Shown piece after piece: positions 24,002 through 36,383 of a DNA stretch of 64,000 bases. The first letter of the stretch is position 1, and every line of letters starts with the position of its first letter. The stretch is from Octopus vulgaris. Lineage: Eukaryota. The position numbers and the translations under genes are program-made. Under the pieces are notes generated by a model, which was given only the letters and a program-made list of their open reading frames with translations, did not search any database and was not told the DNA's origin. The stretch lies in assembly GCA_951406725.2 (NCBI GenBank), contig OX597821.1:33232001-33296000 (forward strand), in the 5' to 3' direction.

Positions 24002-27000
24002 TTATGTGGTATCATCCACTCGCAACTTTCGTGCTACATCTTTCCATCGTTCTTCATACACTCTCTTAGTCAGGCATTTTCTCTCCAGCCCTATCTTCCT
24101 TTTCAGGTGAAAGATGAAGTAATTCATCAAACCAGGGCCGGATATGAACTTACCTGACCGTAAACCTTTCATTCTCGTCTTCTATATCACCTCTTTCGCA
24201 ATTGCTACTACAACGAGAAAACAATTCTTACCTTCTTTCGCGAGGAAATCTGGTGGGTCAATTTTTGTAATAGACTCAGTCGATAGCTGTACTCTTCTTG
24301 TGCTTGACAACAGCTGTTCGGCATAAACCCACACCTCAGACACAACCGAACAATGAACAATAGCGTGCGGGACGGTTTCCCTATCCCGCTCGCATCTTGG
24401 ACATATCGGACTGTCTTGGCCACCGTGCCTTGCGAGTTTATCCCGAACAGGTAGAGCTCCTCTGTAGCATTGCCATGCCAGAGACTTCTGGAAGTTGTCC
24501 AGTGTCTTCGGCTCGAACGTACGTCGGAACAGACTGGCCAGCTGATTATCGTCGAGACCTAGGGTTTCCCCCAAGGTATCTTCACATTCCGCCTCTACCA
24601 ACCCTCTATAGAAGAATGTGGTGGAACCCCCACCGCAGGCGTTGCCCGAGCGACGGAATAGCAGGAGAGCCTTGCGACATTCCGTGTACCATGTGCCCAG
24701 TTTCGATCTACGATTCAGCCAGGTTTCCCATCCACCGAAACTAGTGAACTTGGGAAACATCAGTTTTGCTAGCGGAGACCACACCCGTTCACCATCCAGG
24801 TAGAGCCACAGATGTCTTAACCTCAGCGCATGTCTGCGCATCATCAGCCAAGGCATCCCTAGCCCACCCTTTAACGGTTGTTGACAGCAAGTAGAGCGTT
24901 TCACAAGTGGTTTCCCGCCCTTCCACAAGAAGTAGAAGAGCTGTCTTTCCAACTTGATCAACCACGAATCAGGGCAAGGAACGACGGAAAGGCGGTAGGT
25001 GATAACCGATGCGATAAACACATTGGCTACCTCCGCCCTCCCTTTCAGGGATAGCCACCGCCAAGACCAGATCTTGGTTACTGCAGCCACCCTGCTCGAT
25101 ACCTCGCCCCAATTCTTCTCTATTTGGAGGTCTGGACCGAGCCAAACCCCTAGCAACTTAATCGGAGCCTCCGTCCAACGTCCCACGACGCTGTCAGGAG
25201 GCATCGACTTGCCTCTCCAGGTGCTGAGTTGCAAGCCGACTGACTTTTCGCGATTAACTTTTGCTCCTGTCACCGTCTCGTAAACCTCTATGGCCTTGCC
25301 TACTTTACGTAGGTGATCCATTTCGGTTACGATGATGGTGATGTCATCCGCGTACGCTGACGCCGATTTTCCACAACCTGGCTGTCTCGAGATGCCGCTC
25401 AGTTTTCGCAGTAATGGCTCAAGAGCCATCACGTACAAAAGCGGGGAGAGCGGACACCCTTGACGAACCGAGCGCTTGATGTTGAACGGCTTCGACAAGA
25501 AGCCGTTCACCCGAACTACCGAGTCGATGTTGTCGTAAATTTGGATAATCCACCTGAGGAAGCCAAGGCCCAGCCCAAACTGCCAGGGCAGATACCAGGT
25601 AACGATGGTCGACCCTATCGAATGCTTTAGATTGATATAAATGGACCAGTGCCCCACCCTTGCCAGAATCACTATTAAACCCCTCTATAGTGTACCGCAT
25701 AAGATGGAGATTATCCTGAATGGTTCTGCCGGGAACGGCACATGTCTGTGCCTCCCCGATCAGACCATCCACGACACGCGCCAATCTTTTCGATAACACT
25801 TTGGCCAAAATCTTCAACTCTGTGTTTAGCAGAGTGATGGGCCTGAAATTATCAATGCACTCCCCCTTGCTCGGGTCCTTTCTGACGAGTGTCACTACTC
25901 CCCGGCGCACAGATCTGGGTATGAACCCGTTCTGCTGCCAGTTCGCATAGACCTCTGCCAGTAGGTGCCCGAACAAGTCTGGCATACTCTTATATAACTC
26001 ATAGGGTAGACCATCTAAACCCGGCGCCGCAGTCCGCCATCGCCTCAACCACCTCCCCAGGCGTGATTGGCCCTTCACAGCCCTCCGCATCTCGCCCCGA
26101 TAAGCGCGGCAGCCCGTCGAGGAGGTCCGTAAAGGCTCTCCTCCTATCCAGTCCGCCGCACTCACCGAAAAGCTGAGCGAAGTGCTCCTGAAAGGCCTCA
26201 CACATCTCCTCGGGCTCGTTTATCAACTCCCCTTGTTGGTTCGTCATAGATCGAATCGTGGCGTCGTTACCACGCTGAGCTTCCACCACTCGGGCCCATC
26301 TCACGGCGTTGATTCCTTCACAACCCATTGCGCGGATCCTAGCCCTGACAATGCAGCCCATGTGTTTGGCCTCGAGGTGCTGGTTTAACGCCAGTCTCTT
26401 GGCCGTCACCTGAGCCGCAGAGCCAGTTTTCAAGGCTTCCTCTAATTCCTTAATTAGAGTAGATTCCCTCCTAGCCTCTCTAGCCACTAATCCTATGCTA
26501 TATCTAATTGACTCGAATTTGATGGCTCGCTTGAGGGCGTACCACCATTTGTTATTAATGATGGCACCAGATAGCGCCCTCTGAATTATAGTCCTAATCC
26601 GGTCTCTGTACTCCTTAATCGCCAAAAGGGACGTATTAAGTTTCCAGTAACCGGAGCCTCTATTTTTAACCTTATCTATGTCAAGCTTACAGGTGACCAT
26701 TTTATGATCACTGTAGCTGACCAGGTAAAACTGTGGACACTTAGCTATTTTTCTGTCTACTTTTCTAATTAGTATCCTATCTATGTATGACCTGGAAGAT
26801 CCGTCGCTGTTTGACCATGTCCACAGTGGAGCGTTCGGAAATTCCAACCTATAAGGATCTGCTAGCTCAAAGCGGCTTAGCAGTTCCAGGAAGCCAATGT
26901 TACCTTTTCTATCTGGACTCAAGCCAACACAATCTACATCCGCTTTGCAAATTGTGTTAAAGTCTCCTAGCACAACTAATGAATGCGAAGTACCAAGAAA

Positions 27001-27383
27001 GTTTTCCAGTTCTCGAAAATAATCACTTTGCCCTTTTTGGTTGGGTGCGTAAATTGCAACCAGTCTGATAACTTTACCGTTACTGAACGTCAAATCCATG
27101 ACGACCAGCCTACCTTCTGGGTCTGAAAAAATTAACTTTTTCTCAAAAACCCGGTTTCTTTTAATAGGACCAACACCCCACCCCCGCCTGTAGGACTGGC
27201 CGGAGAGAAAAAACTCTCGTAGCTGTCAAACAACGGGAGTAGACCTCTTGGCCCCTCTAACCGGGTTTCTGTAGCAACAATAACATCCAAATTACTCGAC
27301 CTGATATCATTAAGGAAGCGACCTTGCTTCCAGCTTGATCCCAAGCCGCGCACATTTAAACAACCAACATAAATGTAATCCAT
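24002..27383 (-). pseudogene. ORF2 (AP endonuclease, reverse transcriptase, C-terminal CCHC zinc finger), disrupted
   Basis: APE motifs LNVRGL, ET, IYAPN, LGDFN, SYIDRIL, SDH; GYWKLN; RT motifs PGLDGL, FRPITLLN, SKAFDRVDH, QGCPLSP, YADD; CPRC..ETVPHAIVHC. Frameshifts near 27130, 26025 and 25590; in-frame TAG at 24182-24184 with the frame continuing to TAA at 24002-24004; first RT Asp reads Tyr (LYQSKAFD). Confidence 0.93.
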
Positions 27384-27396
27384 GACTTACCTTATA

Positions 27397-27896
27397 TCAG
27401 TGGTTCGACTTTTCCTTTCTCTTCTTCATTTTTTCCTCTTTTTCTGGGCCTCGTGGGGGAGTCTGACGCAGGCCCTCGAATATATATGGTGATGATATAT
27501 CCATTCTGAGGGGGCCCACGTCATGAAAAAATTCGGACTTTATCCGTCCGTAATCTTTTCGGCCTATTCTGTAATATATGTAATCATTTTTTCTTCCAAT
27601 TTTTTCTACCTTGGCCACAGCTGCCAACACATTACCCAGTCTATTATTTGAGGCCTTAATGGCCATAAATGAGTTCAAAGACTCTCTTTTTTTCTTTTGG
27701 TTTACTTTCGGAGGGGTGGTTTCAGTTTTTCTTTTTTTCCTAGTGATTTTTGACCACCCCTCCTCATTTTTCGTTTCATCGCTCTTTGTTTCCTCCGCCA
27801 CCTCCGCTGCCTCTGTCACCTCCACACCTTCAGCCGTCCCTTCTGGGCCGCCCGGTTCTTCCACCTGGCTGAGCTGCTTCCTGCGGTTTGGGTTGG
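27397..27896 (-). pseudogene. Tx1 ORF1 C-terminal remnant
   Basis: Glu-rich then Lys-rich segment (EEGWSKITRKKRK) ending 13 nt before the ORF2 ATG; bounded by the TSD. Confidence 0.75.
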
Positions 27897-28269
27897 CATA
27901 TGAATGTACATCAAAGTTACACTGTTCAATACTAGGTGTTATAACTCTTTGCCTCTGGCACAGCAACAATGTCGTCAAGCATTTCCACCGAATTTTGTGG
28001 GGTTATCTTTTATGTTCAAACCCGGGGTATCTTCTTTTTTCTTTTTTTTAATCTGAAATTGATGAAGTATTATAAACTGCAATTTATTATAATTTTTTTC
28101 TGTAATCCAATGCATTTTCAATAAATGTCAGATCAGGAGCTGATACCGGCTAATATCTTTATCTCTAAATCACTTTTCAAACGCATTTTGTCGAATGACG
28201 GGGGTCAACCATGCTGTTGGAATATAGTGATGGAATATATACGTAGCTTCTTCAGAATATCCAGCTTTT

Positions 28270-28660
28270 AGAATTATGTGCGGTTACATTAGTATCCAAA
28301 TACCAGTTCATCCATATTTGCAAAAATGGCCGCCTTTCCTGTAATAGACGAGCTTTGCTTGGCTCTTGCAAGTATATAACCGAGATAGTACCTTAAATTT
28401 AATGGACGATTAAATTTACATTGCTTGATGTGTTTGCCTCTGAACATAAATTTAAACCATTCCTCCTTACTTCAATCTCTATGGTGCCTGCAAAATTGCA
28501 CATGATCCTGAATCTTTTTACAAGATAGTTTTGACTTTTTGTGCTAGATATCTTACAACAAGCTTGAATTTTTTCTGCAATTGACGCCAATTTACATATT
28601 CTGCACTGTCTGACGTAATTTGGCCTTTGCAAATTATGACAATGATGCATGTCAGAATGC
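28270..28660 (-). pseudogene. Possible very degenerate Copia-like gag/protease remnant
   Basis: Minus strand gives KHIKQCK (half zinc knuckle) followed, after a frameshift, by WYLDTNVTAH (compare Copia WYLDSGATxH). Confidence 0.3.
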
Positions 28661-29078
28661 TGAGCATATTAAATCAGTGTTTGTTCGATCTCAGCAACCA
28701 ACAGTAATTGTGCTTTTTTTTCTGTTGAACTCGTCGTGTGTGTGTGTGTGTGTATAAGTGTATATATATATGTATATATGTACATGAGTGTGTGAATGAA
28801 TAAATATGTATGTGAAATGCGTATGTGTGTGTATAAATAAATATATATGTAAAATGTGCGTGATTGTATGTATGTATGTATGTATATATGTATGATAGAT
28901 AGATCAAGGTCGGCAGTCTTCTAAGCTCACGATTTTCTGAACAGTCATGAACAGCCTAGCAAAGAGTGAAACTCAGAGTAGACTTAGATATAATAAATAT
29001 CCATCTATCCACTCTACCCAACGTATTGAGTTGTATACCAGATAATGTTTGCAGTATATAAAGTATATTATTGATATG

Positions 29079-30084
29079 CAAGGTATTCGGGATAAATTTG
29101 ACAGTTTGCATTAAAGGAAAAGAAAACAATGTCCTATCCAATTATAAAAATATTTTCTAAAATCAAAAGATATTAACCAAGTTATGGTTGGGAGATAACG
29201 GATCTTTTCATTCCTGAAGCCAGTTTTTTCAAATTTTTCCTACTGAACCAAACAATTTGAAACTTCGTATACTGGTAGAATGTGTCAAAAGTAAACTTAG
29301 TTGTAAACCAGAATGAAAACGGAATTGTAACTTCTAAGTTTAACATTGTTTAATAATTAGAATTTTAACCAATGGTATTCCGTCATTCGGCTTCATATTA
29401 TTTACTGCGTCTCGACCGCCAATTTGGTGACGTATTAAACATATGGTATCTGAAATGTAAACAAAACTATGTGTATGTATCTATGTATGTATGTGTGTGT
29501 ATGTATGTGTGTGTGTGTATCTATGTGTGTGTGTGTGTGTATGTATCTATGTATGTATGTGTGTGTATTTATGTGTGTGCGTGTGTGTGTGTAAAACTAT
29601 AACGATGTTTAGTTTTTTCGAGTGAATACTCGGTGTATGTGTATCTGTATGTATGTGTGTGTGTGTGTGTATGTATCTATGTATGTATGTGTGTGTGTGT
29701 ATGTGTGTGTGTGTGTATCTATGTGTGTGTGTGTGTGTATGTATGTGTGTGTATGTCACACATGTATGTATGGCCGATTCAGTGTTTAGTTTTTCGAGTG
29801 AATACTCGGTGTATGTGTATCTGTATGTATGTATCTATGTATGTATGTGTGTATGTATGTATGTATGCGTGTGTATGTATGTATGTATGGATCAAAACAG
29901 TTTGATTCAAATTCTGTGGTACTTATATATTCATACATACATATACATGTAGATGTATATAACATATATATATATATTGTATGTAAACATCTTTTATAAA
30001 TATATATAATTCATGCATCTATAATACACACACATTATGAATATATACACATATATGCATATGCATTAGAATATGTGTGTATAG

Positions 30085-30125
<41 letters not shown>

Positions 30126-31115
30126 TATGTTTGTATACATGTGTGTGTGTATAAAAATAAATATAAGCATAATCAAGGCAAACAATGGAAAATAATTTAA
30201 ACACTCATTTTATATATACTCAGGATCTACACAAATTTTATATATACTCCACGAAGTTTGAAAGGTAAAGATCCGGTATTTTAAATTTTTGTTGCATTTC
30301 TAATCTTTCTGATGTCTAAGGATGGATATTTATGCGTATGAATCTTTTTCTTTTTATTTTGTTTCAAATATAATTCTAGGGAACTGAAAAACTGTGTACG
30401 ATTACGATAAAGCAATTGTTTACATTTTGACAAATTGCTTTCCACGTCACAGTGAACACTACGCAGATAATAAGTTCACATAAATACAGACAATACGATT
30501 GGCTCAAATTCGCAGTTTTAATCTACGATTAAAGTCATAAAATAGATTTTTCTCAAATAAACTAGTTCCAACTTGTGTCTTGTTTTGAGACACTCTATGA
30601 GTACACGAAGTTTCAAATTATTTAGTTAACTAGAAAGATCTGGGGTCCTGGCTTCGAAATTGAAAAGATCCGAGATAACTTTATTTAAAGTAACCGCCTT
30701 CGGCTTCAACCGCGGCCTCAAGAGGGCTCCAGAACCTAGTGCATGCGTCCTTTACAGTGTCCCATGGAAGATCTTCGAACACTTCCTTGATTTTGGCCAT
30801 CACCTCGGCCTTGGTGTTGCCGGCAGAGCAATTGGTGTCTTTCTCAACTGCGCTCCGCACATAATCTATGGGATTACAATCAGGAAAATTAGGAGGCCAG
30901 AAATCGGGGCTGGTGAAGTCGTGGAAATTCTCCGACAACAACATCTGACTCTTTCCGGAGATATGGCAAGCAGCCGAATCCTACTGCCACACATAGGATT
31001 TTCCAGTAGCAACCCTTTCCAGCTAGGGTTTGATCACAGTCTCCAGCAGCTTCACATAGCTGTCTGAATTGAGCCTCTAAGGTTCTGTTTAAAGATGTGG
31101 GTCGACATGACCTCA
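29079..31115 (-). mobile_element. Tc1/mariner (maT/DD37D-like) transposon 3' half, split by a MITE
   Basis: ORF 30681-30944 has FWPPNFPDCNPIDY (compare WPPxSPDLNPLDY) and ends AVVEAEGGYF-like; terminal CAAGGTATTCGGGATAAATTTGACAGTTT at 29079. Confidence 0.8.
29200..30671. mobile_element. MITE family E (GGATCTTTTC-ended, microsatellite-filled)
   Basis: GGATCTTTTCATTCCTGAAGCCAG...CTGGCTTCGAAATTGAAAAGATCC; perfect 8-bp TSD GAGATAAC at 29192-29199 and 30672-30679. Confidence 0.85.
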
Positions 31116-31356
31116 AGCTAACCCTTGTTTACCGTTTTCCTTTACAATTTGGGTTGTTTCGGTTTCATCTACAATTTCATGAGAAGGATAGCATGACGTC
31201 GAAGGAGTCCTCGATGAGATTGTTATGTTCGTTGTTGTTAAGGATTTATTAAAACTCTAGTATACTTTGATCAATTATATATTTAGCGCCGGTTATAATA
31301 GAACCTGCGTTTTCTGGATCTCTGTAGATGTTACATCATTTAAGATTCCTTGCATC

Positions 31357-31769
31357 GGATCTTTTCGGTTTGAACGGCAGTTTTTAACATAATTTCTAGG
31401 TAACTTGAAAATTTTAAACTTCGTATACTGGTAGACTGTGTTTATAAAACATTTTTTCACTTGGCTTTATTGAGAAAATTCTATAGTTTGTAAGATATTT
31501 GTTGTTTTTTTCTTCATTTTCTGCAATTTCAACCAATCACTGACGTCTATTGAGGTAAAAAGCATTCTGTGCCCTATGAATATTCCCTCGTTTAAGAAAC
31601 AGATTGGGTTTATTTACATTTGTGAAGAAAAAAAGATACCCTTCCCCAACCTCTAACCCTAACCCTAAAAGAGATTGAAATGCAAGAGATCGATTCTAGG
31701 GTCATAATTATGGGTGACAATTTCATATGACATAGCTAGAAAAAACTGCCGTTCAAACCGAAAAGATTC
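31357..31769. mobile_element. MITE family A
   Basis: 8-bp TSD CTTGCATC at 31349-31356 and 31770-31777. Confidence 0.92.
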
Positions 31770-32171
31770 CTTGCATCTCCCTAATATCGGTCGAACATCC
31801 GAAACATGACCTTTCCGCTATTCCCACTGAAGTAACTTGAACCACTCTATTAATTATGTGTTATTTCAACCGAGAAAGTTTGTTCCGTGTTTTCTGTTTT
31901 ACGCTGTTCAATGAACACATAATCGCTTTTCTTTTTAAGAAATCGATTTCTTGTGATAACAGTCAACCTTATTTAACTCAACTTTTAATATTGTTGCTCT
32001 ACCGTCCAGTATCGATAACGAAAATAGATTACATTTTAAATTACGGACGAAAAGTAAAAGTATTAGACTAGGTTTAGGAGTTGTTTTGTGACAGTGCTAC
32101 GTTGTTTAAAATATTGATATAAATAAATGCTTTTAATCATTTAAAGCCAAAACGATGCGACTTATAAGAAA

Positions 32172-32532
32172 CTAGCACTATGACCCAGCAACGCCGGGTC
32201 ATAGTGCTAGTGCATGCATATACAGCTGCGTGCGTGCGCACATACACGCAAGTACTGTCCAAATCTCCGACCAATCACATACAGGTAGCTGGTATTCAAT
32301 TGGCGTATCAAGTTTCGAGCATTTTGATTGGGTTTTGGATAGAAAATTCACAAAAAAGTCACTTCTATTGATTTTTTAATGGCTTTGCGGGATGACTGGG
32401 GAAATGTAAAGATGTGCACGATCACCTTTGGACGGTTTTGAATGACCATAGAAAGTGCGAGCCCTCTAACTGAAAAATTGTGGATTTGTATAAAGGACAC
32501 GCACACAGACATTTTGCCATTTATATATAGAG
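32172..32532 (-). mobile_element. Non-autonomous Helitron
   Basis: Minus strand TCTCTATATATAAA start; 3' hairpin and CTAG|T; terminal palindrome ACTAGCACTATGACC...GGTCATAGTGCTAGT. Confidence 0.75.
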
Positions 32533-33656
32533 AGGTAATGCAAGTCGATAGTGTCCACTTAATCTTGTATTTCAATATTTCGGGATTAGGACCCCTACTT
32601 CAGGAAATTTCCGAATATTTCCTGAAGAAGGGCACTGAACTCTGAAATATTGAACTATGAGATAAAGTACAAACAATCGGCGTGTTTTATTTATTATGAC
32701 TCGCATTGTTTAGGCTTTAGAAAAATTGAAAAACATTTATCCATATCAGACAATGCTTAATGCAAACTACAGTACTATTGTAGATAGAGTTTTTCTGAGA
32801 TAAATTTTGAGAATCCCTGACTTTAAAAATACTTTTATCCCTATTTAGTAGCATGCCACGTATAACAGGTGAAGACAAATCAACGATGGGTGCCACTGTA
32901 TGATAGATCGACCTGTAATACATAGCAGTCAAATCGCTATCACGTCAAAACCTTCCTTCGAATTACGGAAGGAAACATTGGATAAGATTGTCTCGATATT
33001 AAACATGGGATGATGTAACGCTTAATGGATGCAACAACCAATAGACAACATATTAACACACTACATCATCCCATGACACCAAACCACTAACTTGCATTAC
33101 AAGTCAGCACTCTACACTACAAACCACAACCAAGAATCTCTACACGGTCACTCCCCCCTCCCCTCTCCCCAAATTCTACCCTACTATCTTAGATAAGGAC
33201 ACATTGGAAAATGTAGTTCCTGGTATACGAAAAGATGGAATTGTCTTGGCTAGAATGCCTTTGACCACCATTTGTCTGGTCTATCAGGACTGATTTGGAA
33301 TTAACAACTGCCTTCTCGATCCAACGAAGACATCTCTACCAAGTCGCTGGTCCTGCTGGAAATAGAAACCAAATACCTCACACGTCATACTACCGTCTTA
33401 TAAAAATGGTAGGACACATTGGGCGTTATACTCACTGACATATAAATAGGCATAATGGTCATGGCTGGAATGCCTCTAATCATAGGTTTTCTTGCCCAGT
33501 GTTTATCTACGGCTAAACAATAACAATATGAAGTTGTTCCCATGGTGATGGTATTTTGGTCATCGTAAATGTTCATTTAGGAACAATAAGGAGGGCTGGA
33601 ATTAATACTAGGTATGACCTGATTAATTATTTAATGTCTTGCTCTGGTTTCTTTTA

Positions 33657-33880
33657 AAGGCAGCGAGCTGGCAGAATCGTTAGCGATTCGGACAAAATAT
33701 TCAGCGGCATTTCTTTCGGCAATTTACCTTCTGAGTCCAAATTCCGTGGAAGTCGATTTTGCCTTTCATCCTTTCGGAGTCGATAAAATAAAGTATCAGT
33801 TAAGCATTGGAGTCGATATAATCGACTCCCGCCTCCCAGTAAAAAAAAAAAGAAGAATTGCTCGCCTTGTGCCAAAAATT
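33657..33880 (+). mobile_element. SINE group 1 with the alternative 3' tail
   Basis: Group 1 head and body, tail ...GCCTTGTGCCAAAA instead of GCCCCTTGTGGG; similar diverged copies near 16340, 49180, 52735, 53596, 56265 (-), 62395. Confidence 0.8.
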
Positions 33881-34208
33881 GGTGGCATAAAAACCAATAT
33901 ATTTGGTTTTATGCCACCAAATTTTTAAGAATTTCTTTTATCTTCTGTCCATTTTCAACACCCACACACACACACGTTCTTTCTCTTTCTCCTCTTCTTT
34001 ATTAATATCGCCTTTGTTGCAAAGTTCTGTTTGTGCAGCGCGGTAATTCTCCAGAATATGATTTGAATTGATAACAGAAATAACTTTTGTTATCGCCTGG
34101 AATTCACCATCACCTTTTAAGTCTGTTACTATATCATGTATGTAGTTGATTTAGGAGCACTAATGGCCTTGATATGTATTTGACGATTTCTTAATATATG
34201 TCTGTGAA

Positions 34209-34526
34209 GGCGCGTGGCTTAGTGGTTAGGGCATTCGGCTCACGATTGTAAGGTCGTGAGTTCGATTCCAAGCGACGCGTTGTGTCCTTGAGCAAGACAC
34301 TTTATTTCATGTTGCTCCAGACCACTCAGCTGGCAAAAATGAGTTGTACCTGTATTTCAAAGGGCCGGCCTTGTCACACTGTGTGTCACGCTGAATCTCC
34401 CTGAGAACTACGTTAAGGGTACACGTGTCTGTGGAGTGCTCAGCCACTTGCACGTTAATTTCACGAGCAGGCTGTTCTGTTGATCGTATCAGCTGGGACC
34501 CTCGTCGTCGTAACCGACGGAGTGCT
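34209..34526 (+). mobile_element. SINE group 3 variant
   Basis: tRNA-like head GGCGCGTGGCTTAGTGGTTAGG...GTTCGATTCC, GTGTCCTTGAGCAAGACACT box, 3' half shared with the 19241 and 41340 copies (...GTCGTCGTAACCGACGGAGTG). Confidence 0.85.
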
Positions 34527-35083
34527 CCTTAATATATGTCTGAAATATTGTGAAAAAGTTCTCAACTATGCGATTTCCGCATGTGACCCGCTTTTAATAT
34601 ATTGAATGGAGCTGAGAAGTTACAAAATTTATCTCAAGATTCGTAGCAATTGCTTTCCCTTTACTGTTATATATATATTTGAAGAAATGTCTTGGGATTA
34701 GAGATTGTTGGGAAGCCTTAGATAGATTTACAATTGTCCAAAATTGTCCACATGTTCGTGTAACTCCAAAAACTTGATCCAACGAAGGAGTCGTCTCTAG
34801 ACGTTCACTGAATCCAGCGAATCCTCTCAATTGACACCCTACTGACTTGAGAAAGGAAGGACAAACTAATTACTTGCATACAGAATAGATTATGAATTGT
34901 GACATCTAAAATTCTAGCGGAACAACAACCAACAAATATATGCTGTCATACCAAAGGTCTCTGGTTTTGATGCCATCTGTCGAAAAGAATAAATGATAAT
35001 AATTCTTTCTACTATAGGTACAAGGCCTAAAGTTTTGAGGGAGGGAACTAATAGATTACATCGACCTTGTGCTCGACTAATTC

Positions 35084-35518
35084 GGATCTTTTCGGTTTGA
35101 ACGGCAGTTTTTAACATAATTTCTAGGTAACTAAAAAATTTTAAACTTCGTATACTGGTAGAATGTGTTTATAAAACATCTTTTTCTCTTGGCTTTATTG
35201 AGAAAATTCTATTGTTTGTAAGATATTTGTTGTTTTTTTTTCTTCAATTTCTGCAATTTCAACCAATCAGTGACCATCTATTGAGGTAAAAAAAACATTC
35301 TGTGTCGTATGAACCCTAACCCTCGTTTAAGAAACAGATTGGGTTTATTTACATTTGTGAAGAAAAAATACCCTTACCCCCCACCCCACCCCTAACCTTA
35401 ACTAACCCTAACCCTAAAACAGATTGAAATGCAATAGATCGATACTAGGGTCATAATTATGGGTGACAATTTCATATGACATCGCTAGAAAAAACTGCCG
35501 TTCAAACCGAAAAGATCC
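35084..35518. mobile_element. MITE family A inserted into a minus-strand group 1 SINE (~35000-35655)
   Basis: 8-bp TSD ACTAATTC at 35076-35083 and 35519-35526; SINE sequence resumes on both sides. Confidence 0.92.
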
Positions 35519-35870
35519 ACTAATTCCTATTTTATCGACCCTGAAGGATAAAAGGTGAGGTCGAGCTCTGCAGAATTTGAACTCAAAACGTAAAATCGGG
35601 AAAAAAGCTACTAAGCGCTTTTGTCTGGCGTGCTAACGACTCTGCCAACTTGCCATCCAAATTGTGTTCTTTGAGCCGATTCCTTAAGGAGTGATAGATA
35701 TTGCTTCGGCGTTTCGTCACTCTCCTTTTTTCCCGTACTTATATGGGTTTTATCAGACACGTGGCTAGATTTACATAGAAAAACAAAACAAAACAACGAA
35801 AGATTGGCTATTAATTATTGGAATTCTCAAATTATGCGTCAAGCTCCTAAACCAATATTTCATTGAGATA

Positions 35871-36383
35871 TCTATATATATAAAACTGTAGTTGTGTGAG
35901 TGTCTGTCCCCTTCGATTTAGATTCCTAACTACTCCCACATTTTGCGGTGCAGTTTGACCAAATTCGGGTATCTTATAGACGTGATTCATATCGAGCCCG
36001 TCTGAGTATTAGCGCGCGTCTACGATGAGTCTACGATTTAAAAAATAATTTAACATCATTTTTTATTCCATTTTAATGCATAATTTTTCGTGTGTCGATG
36101 GCGGCGGAGTTGGCGTCCATGGTCACACCTGCACCTGTTTGCTTCTCCCCCTTCTTCCCTCCCTCGTGAAGCTGTGGGGAAGGGAGTGTAAGGAAATCAA
36201 CGTCGTAAAGCGTTGTCAAGGAGACCAGCGTTCTTTTAGAACAACGACTTCATGGCTTGAAGACACCAAAACAGAAATGGCTAAGAAAGCCCGAATTGGC
36301 ATCTATAGGGGAAGTAACTCTCTAAAAATGCTTATATAGTTATTTCCCTTACAAACCCGAGCAACGCCGGGCGATACTGCTAG
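35871..36383 (+). mobile_element. Non-autonomous Helitron
   Basis: A|TCTATATATATAAA start; CCCGAGCAACGCCGGG hairpin; CTAG|T end. Confidence 0.82.

Larger units (their letters stand above)
23767..27896 (-). mobile_element. Tx1/L1-clade non-LTR retrotransposon, 5'-truncated
   Basis: ORF1 C-terminus, EN-RT-CCHC ORF2 and ~235-nt 3' UTR; 9-bp TSD CATATGAAT at 23758-23766 and 27897-27905; GC-richer than flanks. Confidence 0.93.

Noticed and set aside
24397-26388. Plus-strand ORFs overlapping the Tx1 element (also 27611-28051 and 47226-47690)
   Set aside because: Antisense shadows of GC-richer LINE coding sequence with no motifs.
27897-27978. N-terminal part of ORF 27397-27978 as the true ORF1 start
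   Set aside because: Lies outside the element boundary set by the TSD; chance read-through from the flank.
34209-34280. tRNA-like sequences (also 42590, 41645-41716, 19530-19600)
   Set aside because: No complete acceptor stem, and each runs into a multi-copy SINE body; SINE heads, not tRNA genes.
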